Position numbers and translations under genes: made by a program. Source: an uncultured Methanoregulaceae archaeon (GTDB lineage Archaea > Halobacteriota > Methanomicrobia > Methanomicrobiales > Methanospirillaceae). From it: DNA of 64,000 nucleotides. Position 1 is the stretch's first letter; each line of letters opens with the position of its first letter. The notes below the pieces were generated by a model, which saw nothing but the letters and a program-made list of their open reading frames with translations, did no database searches and was not told the origin of the DNA. This document shows, in pieces, positions 20,744-30,166 of the stretch. The DNA lies in the NCBI GenBank assembly GCA_963841015.1, contig CAWJAX010000004.1, positions 64,001 through 128,000 of the forward strand. The letters run 5' to 3'.

Positions 20744-22205
20744 TCAGTCATATCCTCTGAACAAAGCCATAAAGAGCATTACAACAGGAATCACTTCCAG
20801 TCTTCCCACCCACATCACTCCAATAAAAATCCACTTCGAAATGATGGGCATATCAGGGGATACATACCCGGTATTGGTACCACATGTTGAAAAGGCCGAT
20901 ACAACTTCAAAGGCGATGTCAGTTATGGAGTATGTTGTAATATGGAACTGCAACACAAGAAGGGTAGCAATAAAGATGGTTACTACCGAGAGGATAATGA
21001 TAAGCATGTTCTTTGCAGCCTCCAGTTCTGCAGTCGCTCTCGGGATTACCCGCCCTTCGATCTTGAAAGGCAGAAGCACCTTACCGCTTACAAAGAGCCT
21101 GCGGAACCACCAGAACAGCGTACGGAAAGCAAGAGCTACCCGGTTTAGTTTGATACCTCCGGCAGTGCTGCCGGATGCTCCCCCGATAAGCGTTAGCATG
21201 GTAAGGAATAACAGGGTAATACCTGCCCAGGAATGAATATCTGCGTTCTGGAAACCGGTAGTTGTGAGAGTCGATACGGTCATAAAAAGACCCTGTTCAA
21301 GTGCCGCCATGAATTCAAGGTTCCCGAAAAAAATCAGATCATAGGTTATTACCGCTACCCCAATACCCGTAAAGAGAAAGAACAGTTTTACCTGTTCATC
21401 CCCAAAAAGGCTCCAGCGCCGGTTTTCCAGGATGAGATAATAGAGCTTAAATGGCAGGGCACCGGCGATCATTATCGGGATCAGGAGGATTTGAAGTGCA
21501 CTGTTATTGTAGTAAAGGATACCCCCTTCATGGAGGGTAAACCCCCCGGTTGATACTGCCGCAAAAGCAAGATTCACCGATTCCCATAAAGAAAGCCCGG
21601 TGAACAGGATAAGACTAATGGCAATAAATGTTATTAGTCCGTAAATTTTCCAGAGCGCACGCCCCGTGGCAATCACACTGGGCATCAGCGGTTCTTCTCT
21701 CCCCTCGGACCGGAAGATCTTTGAACCCAAAAGACCGGTACTGCTTGCTAATGCGATAATAAATGCAATGATTCCAATGCCCCCGATCCACTGCATATAA
21801 GATCGCCAGAAAAGGAGGGCGTGGGGGGCTGTATCAACCGAACGGATCATCGAAAACGCTGTACCCGTCCATCCTGCCATCCCTTCGAAGAATGCGTCAG
21901 TGAATCCCATATGCAACCCGAGCATGAACGGTATACCACTGACCATAGCACAGGTAAACCAGAAAAGCGCAACCGAACACATTGCCGTAGAGAGCCTGTA
22001 CACCCTTGCTGGTGCGGGGTAGTTTTTTAAAGAGCATCCCCGTGATAAAGAATACGGCAGGGACTGCCGCCATGGGAAGGATCATATTCCACTCGGAGAA
22101 GAGAATCGCAACAATGATAGGAACGGCGGTTATCGGTGCAATAAAGGTGAAAATATCCCCCAGATCAGCAAAAATCGTGGAGATATGTTCAAGCCGCTGC
22201 ATCAC
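20744..22205 (-). CDS. trkH: TrkH-family potassium uptake protein (apparent +1 insertion at ~22003-22005)
   Basis: N-terminal ORF 21897..22205 joins 20744..22003. Pore motifs STGGF, TTTG, GSTAGGIK and MWVGRLE. Confidence 0.88.
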
Positions 22206-22286
22206 TAATGGGTTACCACTGGTTCTCTATTAGTATTTGCCTGTCAAAAAAAAAAGAAAAGAACAGTTGTGTTGTGCATTTTAATA

Positions 22287-22667
22287 CTATATCTTGTTTG
22301 TCCAGAGTCCGTGGACATTACAGTATGCCCGTGCTTTTACACTGGTATCAGCAATACAGAACTCCGTTTCGGGAGTTTCCCCGGGTTTGAAACCCCTGAC
22401 ATATACATTCTCGCCGGTCCTTACCTCAACCCACTCGATATAGTGCTTCTCCTCCATGGGGTGGGGAACGGAGCCGATTTTGACCCTGATTCCTTTTTCG
22501 GATTTCTCAACTACCGGGACATGTTTTTCCTTACCCGCATCAGCCGTCTTTTCCTGTTGCAGGATCATGGGTTTGCCGCAACAGACAAGGAGCCCGGCAG
22601 AATTATGTACCACTTTTGTTATATTCCCGCACACTTCACATTTATACACTTCAAACATTTTCGTCAT
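22287..22667 (-). CDS. dfx: Desulfoferrodoxin (2Fe superoxide reductase)
   Basis: CEVCGN...CCG, EKHVP, HPMEEKHYIEW and CNVHGLW motifs. Confidence 0.95.
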   Translation of the reverse strand: MTKMFEVYKCEVCGNITKVVHNSAGLLVCCGKPMILQQEKTADAGKEKHVPVVEKSEKGIRVKIGSVPHPMEEKHYIEWVEVRTGENVYVRGFKPGETPETEFCIADTSVKARAYCNVHGLWTNKI

Positions 22668-22683
22668 ACCAAAACCTCCTTTC

Positions 22684-23868
22684 CTATACGATATTACTTT
22701 CCCGGTGCTTCTTTAAGATATCGTCCGCCAGCCGGTTGAGTGCCTGAAATGTCGTTTCATCCGGGAGACCCTTTACCATGACAGGTTCGAGGATCTCAAC
22801 TTTAACATGGTCAAGCATTTTTACGATAGTTTCAACCGTCTTCCCCCCCCAGCCAAAGGATCCGATCACCGATGCAAACCGGACTTTGGGTTTGAGCAGG
22901 TTTGCAAGATAGGTGGCATATACGACCTGTGGGTGGGGACCGAAAAGCACCGTGGGGGTTGCAATAACCACGGTTGCTGAATCCACAAGGGACTTTGCAA
23001 GCTCCCCGATATCAGTCCGTGTCAGGTTGAAGGGTTTTACGGTGACCCCTCTTGCGATTAGTGCATCGGTGAGATGTTCCACCATTTTCTGCGTACTTCC
23101 ATGCATCGAGACATACGCTATTACGACTTCATTTTTAACCGCGTCTGATACCCAGTCAGCGTATGCATCAAGAATGAACTGCGGTCTCCGGTAGATTGGC
23201 CCATGGCTGGGCGCGATCATTGCAAGCGGGAGTGCCTTTACCATCTCAACGTACCCTTTGATACTGTTGCGGAACGGCATCATAATCTCGGCATAATATC
23301 TCTTTGCGGACGGGTAAATCTCAGCTTCGTCAGTCACATAGAGGTCGCTTTTTCCCGTGTGGGACCCGAAGAGATCGCAGGGAAAGAGGATCCTGTCCTC
23401 ACGCAGGTAGGTGATCTGGGTCTCAGGCCAGTGTGTCCACGGGGTAAGGAAAAATTCGAGGGTACGATCGCCAAGAGACAGGGTTTCTTTGTCTTTGATT
23501 ATCCTGAAACGGTTTGCCGGCAGGTGAAGATGTGTGATAAGAAGGTCTTTGCACTTCTCGTTTGTCACAACAAGCGCGTCGGGGAAAAATTCCATAATCA
23601 TCGGCAGGGAACCCGAATGATCCTGTTCGGCATGGTTGACAACTACATAATCAATACGGTCGACATTCAGCTTGACAAGGTTTGAGATCAGTTCGTATTC
23701 CTTGGTGGGATCGACCGTGTCAATCAGTGCTGTCTTCTCACTGCCCTGGATAAGATACGAATTGTAACTCGTACCATCCGGGAGCGGAATCAGCTCGTCA
23801 AAGATCCTCCGGTCAAAATCAATCGCCCCCACCCAGTGGATCCCATGAATAATTTCTCGTGATACCAT
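22684..23868 (-). CDS. fprA: Flavodiiron protein (FprA, type A flavoprotein)
   Basis: GTSYNSY, NHAEQDH, HWPE, PSHG motifs; flavodoxin domain SMHGST...GSFGWGG. Confidence 0.93.
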   Translation of the reverse strand: MVSREIIHGIHWVGAIDFDRRIFDELIPLPDGTSYNSYLIQGSEKTALIDTVDPTKEYELISNLVKLNVDRIDYVVVNHAEQDHSGSLPMIMEFFPDALVVTNEKCKDLLITHLHLPANRFRIIKDKETLSLGDRTLEFFLTPWTHWPETQITYLREDRILFPCDLFGSHTGKSDLYVTDEAEIYPSAKRYYAEIMMPFRNSIKGYVEMVKALPLAMIAPSHGPIYRRPQFILDAYADWVSDAVKNEVVIAYVSMHGSTQKMVEHLTDALIARGVTVKPFNLTRTDIGELAKSLVDSATVVIATPTVLFGPHPQVVYATYLANLLKPKVRFASVIGSFGWGGKTVETIVKMLDHVKVEILEPVMVKGLPDETTFQALNRLADDILKKHRESNIV

Positions 23869-23880
23869 ACTATCAGCCGG

Positions 23881-24039
23881 TTACTCCTTCGTGAAATTTT
23901 TCTTTGATGCGCCACAGATAGGACACTGCCAGTCGTCAGGCAGGTCTGAAAATTCCCTGCCGGGGGATATGTGCTGTATCGGCTCACCCTTGTTCGGGTC
24001 GTAAATATGACCACAGATAGCACAGGTATATTTTTCCAT
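23881..24039 (-). CDS. Rubredoxin
   Basis: MEKYTCAICGHIYDP...LPDDWQCPICG. Confidence 0.95.
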   Translation of the reverse strand: MEKYTCAICGHIYDPNKGEPIQHISPGREFSDLPDDWQCPICGASKKNFTKE

Positions 24040-24144
24040 CAAATGAAAAGCCTCCGAGTGTTTTTTGGACCGGTACAGAATTACGTGGATATTTGCATTA
24101 ATCATTTCGATGCTGCACCACTCCTGTGAAAAACAAAAAGGAAT

Positions 24145-24696
24145 TTATTGAATCACATGATCTCCCGCAGGATCTGCCAGATGATACCGTTCAATAAAAA
24201 ACCTGAATGAATGGTTTTTCTTTCTCGCTGAATCTATGGAGAAGTACTTGAGGATTTCAAACATAAAATCGATACGGGAATCATACTTTTTCGGAATAAG
24301 ACCATTAAAATCCTCCTTGATGAGATCATCGGTGAAAGGGAGGTCAGGAACATCAAGGCTCAGGGCAGATTCATGCGTTAGCCCGGCATAGTACCAGCTT
24401 TCAATCTCCTTAATCACCACGATGATGCTTCCTCCGTCAATGTGACTGAAGTGGGAGTGGAGAACCTGTTTTTTGTCCCGCACAGAATTTTCTGCGTCAA
24501 TATCTGCAACAAAAATATAGTCGTTATTCATGAGCCTGATGCTCTTTAAAAAATTATCCACTTTTGTGCGTTTGATACTTGCATAGGGGATAATCTCCAC
24601 TGCATCATAACGGTTGATCAATAATGGTTTGATAATGCGCCCGAAAAAACGGACATCATCTTCGCCTTCAACCAGGATAAAAATGCGGGTTTTCAT
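24145..24696 (-). CDS. TOPRIM-like hypothetical protein (DUF4435/DUF4276/RloB-like)
   Basis: ILVEGEDD, FVADID (DxD) and KEIESWY motifs; 2 nt downstream of an ABC-type ATPase. Confidence 0.65.
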   Translation of the reverse strand: MKTRIFILVEGEDDVRFFGRIIKPLLINRYDAVEIIPYASIKRTKVDNFLKSIRLMNNDYIFVADIDAENSVRDKKQVLHSHFSHIDGGSIIVVIKEIESWYYAGLTHESALSLDVPDLPFTDDLIKEDFNGLIPKKYDSRIDFMFEILKYFSIDSARKKNHSFRFFIERYHLADPAGDHVIQ

Positions 24697-24698
24697 AC

Positions 24699-25964
24699 TT
24701 ACATTCCCAACAGGTTCTGGACGTAAAGTTCCTCAATGCCGATCTCATTTTCCAGAAATAACCGCACCTCTTCCTTGTCAGCGGGCCGGGAAAGAACAGA
24801 GAATCCTTCCACGTCCCGTGAAACAAGAAGAAGATGCTCTAAAGAGGCATGTTTTACTACTTCGGTGGTATGGGTTGTAATCATAACCTGCTTTCTTTTC
24901 GAGGACTCTTTCATCATGGAAATAACCCGTGCAACCAGAAACGGGTGGATATGGCTTACTGGTTCCTCGATGATGATTAAGGGCTTTTTTTCGAAATAGA
25001 GCGCAATGATGAGGGCAAATATTGTCAATGTTCCGTCAGAAAGCGAGGGTGAAGGGAGGTTGTGCCCTTTTGAATATTTTTCGCGGAGCGTGAGTACCAG
25101 CGAAATGTCCATGAATTTTTCGACCGAAAAATCTTCTATAAAGGGAAGTACATCCCGTAAAAGGTTTGAGAATTTCCGCTTTTTTTCCGGGTCCCCGATA
25201 ATATTTTTCAGGACGAGTACAAGGTTCCCGGCATCCTCTTCAAGTTCCCTTTTACCGGTTATTGCAACTCCTTTTTTCATGAGTTTTGGGTCGATATCAT
25301 AGACAGCAATGCGATCAAAGAATTTTTCCCCGTGGGATAAAGGATATGCGTACGGAGTTTCCAGAAGGAGTGTTTTTTCAGGCAGGTGTTTCCCCCTGAA
25401 ACAGAGAGGGATAACGTCCTGTTCGGAAAGCGGGCAGCCTTCCGGCAGATCGACTTCATAGGTGATTTTTCCGGCATCATTGGTCACCCGTATCTCACCA
25501 TGTCCGATGTTCTTTTTTTCGTTGTTATGGTCATTTTTATGTCTGCATGAAAAAACCTCACATCCAAGAATGATCCTGTCCTTTATGATGGAAAATCCGT
25601 CACCCCTGGAAGCAAACCTGAGAGCGAACTCATAGGAAGACAGGCACGATTGTATGACGAGGAGCGGGGCATCCTTATCCTGACGCTCAAGAATCTCTGA
25701 CTTTTGATCGGGCACATAAACAACCTTAATCTGAAGGTCTTTTAATGGGCCGATCTTTGTATTCTGGATATATTCTGACCCACCCTGCATTGCGATCGCA
25801 TTGACAACCCCGTGTTTTGCGATATCCCGCAGGAATTTGAATATGTTGATGAAATTGGACTTTCCTGCGGCATTAGAACCGATCACTACATTGAACCGTG
25901 ACAACTCGATATCAAGTTCAGAAAAACTCTTGAAATTTTCCACGTGAATACGCTGAATTGGCAT
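24699..25964 (-). CDS. AAA_21/AbiEii-like ABC-type ATPase
   Basis: IHVENFKS, Walker A GSNAAGKS, signature LSDGT, Walker B IIIEEP, H-loop ITTH. Start taken at MPIQRI; the longer ORF runs through a repeat. Confidence 0.88.
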   Translation of the reverse strand: MPIQRIHVENFKSFSELDIELSRFNVVIGSNAAGKSNFINIFKFLRDIAKHGVVNAIAMQGGSEYIQNTKIGPLKDLQIKVVYVPDQKSEILERQDKDAPLLVIQSCLSSYEFALRFASRGDGFSIIKDRIILGCEVFSCRHKNDHNNEKKNIGHGEIRVTNDAGKITYEVDLPEGCPLSEQDVIPLCFRGKHLPEKTLLLETPYAYPLSHGEKFFDRIAVYDIDPKLMKKGVAITGKRELEEDAGNLVLVLKNIIGDPEKKRKFSNLLRDVLPFIEDFSVEKFMDISLVLTLREKYSKGHNLPSPSLSDGTLTIFALIIALYFEKKPLIIIEEPVSHIHPFLVARVISMMKESSKRKQVMITTHTTEVVKHASLEHLLLVSRDVEGFSVLSRPADKEEVRLFLENEIGIEELYVQNLLGM

Positions 25965-26038
25965 GGGAACTCCGCATGTCATCGTCACCTTTGAACAAAA
26001 AGAAGATATTGGTCTTTGGATTGCGAAAAGATTTTTCA

Positions 26039-26243
26039 GATCTGTTGAGTCCTTTTCCATTGTTATGAAATTCAAGATGCTGATACGATCAAGGAGGGGA
26101 CAGTGCCTGTCCCCCCATACCGCCCCTGCGCTGAGCGATGATGACGTAGCACCGGTTCGGGGGTTATCGCATCGGGGGAGCCGCAGCGGCGGGGGTGAAA
26201 CCCCCATGAGCGTTTATCTTGTAATTGAGCATTTCCCATGAAA
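26039..26243 (-). mobile_element. MITE-like repeat family 1, copy C (degenerate left TIR, variant CCATGAAA end)
   Basis: Core CCTTTTCCAT..ATGAAATTCAAGATGCTG...TTATCGCATCGGGGGAGCCGCAGCGGCGGGGGTGAAACCCCC. Confidence 0.82.
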
Positions 26244-26356
26244 ATCAACCAAGTTAAATTTATCATTCATACCAAAATAAAAACAGGGTATTCGATTTTC
26301 ATGATTTGTGTGTGAACCCGATCAGTTCATGCTCGTTTCTACAGAGTCGATTTTTT

Positions 26357-26890
26357 TTAAAATGAAATCCCGAAGAGAGCTGGATTCAGTACCAGAATTG
26401 CATAGTTGAGATACCCTGCAAAGGAGACCCAGACAAAATAAGGTATGAGCAACACTGCAGCAGGAATGGAAAAACGCCATACCTGGATGATAGTACAGAG
26501 CAGAACTGCCCAGAGCAGCACGATAGCCAGGAAGCCAAAAAACGTTGAATGGAGACCAAAAAAGAAAAAAGACCATCCGATGTTCACCATAAGCTGGAAA
26601 ATAAAAAGGATAAGACCAAATTGAACATCCTGTATCTTTAAATCCGACTGCAGGATCAGGAAAAGAGAAATTCCCATCAGGATATAGAGTGCAGTCCAGA
26701 CGGGAGCAAAAACCCATGAAGGGGGAGTGATATCAGGTTTTTGCAGGCCGGCATACCAGGTTGGAATCGCAGGAGTTGTGTAATAAGAACCGACATACCC
26801 TGCCAGCAGGCAGATACCAACGGCAAATATGAGCGTGAGGATCTTTTTTCCCGTCATTCCTGTCCGGGGTAGTATTTGAAAAGAGGGCAT
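26357..26890 (-). CDS. tspO: TspO/MBR tryptophan-rich sensory protein
   Basis: WYAGLQKP..PPSWVFAPVWTALY and LLIPYFVWVSFA motifs. Confidence 0.93.
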   Translation of the reverse strand: MPSFQILPRTGMTGKKILTLIFAVGICLLAGYVGSYYTTPAIPTWYAGLQKPDITPPSWVFAPVWTALYILMGISLFLILQSDLKIQDVQFGLILFIFQLMVNIGWSFFFFGLHSTFFGFLAIVLLWAVLLCTIIQVWRFSIPAAVLLIPYFVWVSFAGYLNYAILVLNPALFGISF

Positions 26891-26937
26891 AAAAGATTAT
26901 TGGATGGAAAAAGTTTGAGTATAATAATAAAATAATT

Positions 26938-27129
26938 GGCTCTGGAGAATTCCTTTCCTTTACTATGAAATTCAAGATGCTGGCACGAATGAAGGAGGGG
27001 ATAGTGCCTGTCTTCCCATATCTCCCCTGCACTGAGTGAGAATGGTGTAGCACCTGTCCGGGGGTTATCGCATCGGGGGAGTCACAGCGAGGGGAAACAC
27101 CCCTTGTAATCGAGCATGTTTACAGAGTC
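26938..27129 (-). mobile_element. MITE-like repeat family 1, copy D (internal deletion near hairpin)
   Basis: TIRs GGCTCTGGAGAATTCC / GAGCATGTTTACAGAGTC around the shared core. Confidence 0.83.
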
Positions 27130-27213
27130 AAAATATAACATCATTGTTACTGATGAATTACCAGGAGATTGGTATTTTTCTTAAAAAAAACAGGGGGGAG
27201 AAGAGACCCTTGT

Positions 27214-28206
27214 TCAGGTTGAATTTGTAACACGGAATTTTTGGTTCCAGGTCGCCTTCTGCTGGCCGTCTATGTTAAGAACCGTTACATCCCAGTCACC
27301 GGCAACCGCACCTTTGAGATCGAGATTGCAGAGAATTTTTGTCGAATCCGTAGATACCGGGCTGGTACAGACAATTTCAGTCGAGCTTTTCATGATGGTG
27401 ACTTTCACCCCTTCTTTGAAGTTCTGGCCATTAATTATTAAAGACAGGACACTGTTTATTGCACCCTGACCCGGACTGACACCCGAAATGACCGGGATTG
27501 GATCAGTGATGGTAAATGCACCTATCTTGGTATCAGACTGGCCATCAGGATTTGTTACAACCAGGTTATAACTCCCTTTTTCCGCTTTGAAGAGACTGAA
27601 AGCACAGTCAATAGTTGTCGCAGAAGATACTGATACACCGGTTGCATACACCGGCATGTATCCGGCTCGCATCAGCTTTGCGGTTGCTCCACTCCGGAAG
27701 TTATCCCCGGTAATCGTTGCACTCACGGTCGCATTCGTGCCTCCTGTGGCTGGGGAAATACCGGATATGCCGGGTGCATTTCCGGAAAGCGCTGTGGTAA
27801 CAGTAGGGGGAACGGTTGGGGTGATAATAGGGATAGCAGCAACAGTCACGTGGGATATTTTTACCGGATAGACTTTCTCAACAAGGGTTCTTTCAGCCTT
27901 TTCAGTGCGGTTATTGATAAAATACCCCCAGGATCCATTCGCATTTTTATAGAGTAATTGTCGCGTGTACTGATCGGTCGAAATGTCGAACTTGAGTATG
28001 ACATAAGCTGAATTTTCCGTTGCAGATGTGGTTTTTCCAATAATATCCCCTGAAACGTATTTTGCATTTGATACAGCAGTAGTTGGGAGGGTTGTTGTAT
28101 CGGCGGGAGATTGATCCGAACACCCCGCAATGAACACTCCGGAAATCAGGAAAAGACTGATAAGAATACCATAGCAAAATTTTTTCGTCATACTGGTATC
28201 CTTCAA
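27214..28206 (-). CDS. Predicted lipoprotein with two IPT/TIG-like domains
   Basis: Signal peptide ending IAGC; Thr-rich linkers; two ISGxSP..G...ITGxNF...YNLVVTNPDG-type repeats. Confidence 0.78.
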   Translation of the reverse strand: MKDTSMTKKFCYGILISLFLISGVFIAGCSDQSPADTTTLPTTAVSNAKYVSGDIIGKTTSATENSAYVILKFDISTDQYTRQLLYKNANGSWGYFINNRTEKAERTLVEKVYPVKISHVTVAAIPIITPTVPPTVTTALSGNAPGISGISPATGGTNATVSATITGDNFRSGATAKLMRAGYMPVYATGVSVSSATTIDCAFSLFKAEKGSYNLVVTNPDGQSDTKIGAFTITDPIPVISGVSPGQGAINSVLSLIINGQNFKEGVKVTIMKSSTEIVCTSPVSTDSTKILCNLDLKGAVAGDWDVTVLNIDGQQKATWNQKFRVTNST

Positions 28207-28374
28207 CGCAGGACAGTATAAGATTTTTTATCGGAATTTTTTTAAGATTCATGACGCGTCTATTTTTCAAGATAGTCCGGGAAAATTCAGATCTGACACG
28301 AATCCGGGACCAGCCCCCCCTTTGTCAGTGGGATCAGAGTATTGGACCAGGAGTCTCGGACAATAATGTTCCCG

Positions 28375-29178
28375 TCACGTTGCCGGAATCTTTAAGGTCA
28401 TATAATTTCGTGCAAGATACAGGTGGATACCCATCAAAGCACAGACGGTGAGAACCGCACTCATCCAGACTAAGGGGACAGTATTCTGCACATAAAACGG
28501 GTTGATACGATCTGCCACAGCAAAAACACTGCACACGGCTACGACAACCGTGGTTGCGTATACTTCTCGAACGGCAAAGAAAAAAAATGCCGCAATAATC
28601 CCGATACTGACAGATGAGATAAGCGCATCCTGCTGCATGACGGCGGGAAAGTAGGCAAATGTCGTCATGCCAAACAGCACTGCAGTTACCATGATACCGA
28701 CAGAAATAGAAATAATTGCCCCTCCACTGCGGACTAAAGCCTGCACGTGAGTCCCCATAAGCACCCAGCACACCATCACTGAAGCGATGGCACCGGGTAG
28801 AAGAAGAATAAAGGCGTTTAAAAACGCGAGCCGGTCAGTCCCGAACGGATTGAAAAGGATGACGGTGATGTAGCCGATGCCGCAGGTAAGGGCACAGGCA
28901 AGGAAGGTGTATCGTACTGACCGGAATCCGATATGGAACATGTTGACAGCACCTGAAATAAAGGTGGTCCGGATATAGAGCAGCGGTGCACCAATACCGG
29001 TAATGATGCATGCAACGATTGTGTACAGGAAGATTCCGGAGGGGTCAGGACGCTCAAAAGTGTGTATACTTCCTGTAAGCAGGAAGGTCTCAAGCAACCA
29101 GGCTGCATAGATCGCAAAGGGAATTACGAGCAACCGTAGTGTTGCAGAACGCACTCCAGGAGATTGTTGCCCGGTCAT
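28375..29178 (-). CDS. Hypothetical multi-pass membrane protein
   Basis: 267 aa with about 8 hydrophobic segments. Confidence 0.7.
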   Translation of the reverse strand: MTGQQSPGVRSATLRLLVIPFAIYAAWLLETFLLTGSIHTFERPDPSGIFLYTIVACIITGIGAPLLYIRTTFISGAVNMFHIGFRSVRYTFLACALTCGIGYITVILFNPFGTDRLAFLNAFILLLPGAIASVMVCWVLMGTHVQALVRSGGAIISISVGIMVTAVLFGMTTFAYFPAVMQQDALISSVSIGIIAAFFFFAVREVYATTVVVAVCSVFAVADRINPFYVQNTVPLVWMSAVLTVCALMGIHLYLARNYMTLKIPAT

Positions 29179-29314
29179 GTTAAAAACACCCCGGGGGAAA
29201 TTCCCATTCCTTGCAGGTTGTTATCATAGGAGGTACCCCATAGAGTCACGTTACTGGAAAGAGTTTGTCTGTTATTTCACCATTCATCGCTATCGTGTGT
29301 CTGGGAGTGCCTCA

Positions 29315-30166
29315 TCATGCTCTCATCAGAAGGAGCTCATCGATAGCCCGTTTTCGGTCTTTTGTTGCATTCTCATGTACGGCTATTTTGTCATTAAAAC
29401 TTGGCAGGGACCGGGTAAAAAACGTTCCAAGAGCGATCCGTGTGTCGCTGTTATAGTCCCATTCCCTGGCTTTTATGCACGCGGATTCAAAGTCTGTCGG
29501 GTCATGTCCGGATAGTTCGTATACCCGCGGGGAGTAGTAATCTGCAGCTGGAAAGAAGGTGGCACAAATCTGGAGAACGTCGATAAACGAGAACCCCTTG
29601 TGCGCTATGCCCTCAAGGACGAGCTTCTTTAAAAGATCCATCTTCTTTGTATACCCCCGTGCGACCCGGGTTGCGCCGCTTGCAAGCATCAGCTCGAGGG
29701 GATTGACAGGATATTCTGCAGTACCTGAAGGGGTGGATTTTCCTTTGAAACCAAGGGGTGAGGTTGGAGTATATTGCCCGGTGGTAAGTCCGTACACCCG
29801 GTTGTTATGGATGATCACCGTGATGTCAATATTGCGTTTGGCTGCAAAGATGAGATGATCAAGCCCTTCGGCATAGGAGTCGCCGTCACCTGTACAGCAG
29901 ATAACGGTCAGCCGGGGGTTGCCAAGTTTGATACCGGTCGCTGCCGGGATCGCCCGCCCGTGCAGTGCGTAAAAACTATTGATATTGAGATAATCAGCGA
30001 TTTTTGCATGACACCCTATGCCGGATACCAGCACTACATCGTCAAGCGACTTCCCTGCCTGCTCCATCTCCATGAGAACATTTTTCAGGGTGTGCTGGAT
30101 AGAGAAATTCCCGCAACCCGGGCACCATGTATTCTGTGCATCGGTTATAATCTGGCGTCCCGTCAT
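29315..30166 (-). CDS. 2-oxoacid:ferredoxin oxidoreductase, beta subunit
   Basis: WCPGCG, SGIGC, LHGR, TPP motif GDGD...NNRVYGLT. Confidence 0.93.
   Translation of the reverse strand: MTGRQIITDAQNTWCPGCGNFSIQHTLKNVLMEMEQAGKSLDDVVLVSGIGCHAKIADYLNINSFYALHGRAIPAATGIKLGNPRLTVICCTGDGDSYAEGLDHLIFAAKRNIDITVIIHNNRVYGLTTGQYTPTSPLGFKGKSTPSGTAEYPVNPLELMLASGATRVARGYTKKMDLLKKLVLEGIAHKGFSFIDVLQICATFFPAADYYSPRVYELSGHDPTDFESACIKAREWDYNSDTRIALGTFFTRSLPSFNDKIAVHENATKDRKRAIDELLLMRA

Noticed and set aside
22287-24039. Rubredoxin-fprA-desulfoferrodoxin cluster as a novel system
   Set aside because: This is a well-known anaerobe oxidative-stress module.
25965-26207. 81-aa N-terminal extension of the AAA ATPase ORF
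   Set aside because: It runs through repeat copy C; the family-typical N-terminus starts at MPIQRIHVENFKS.
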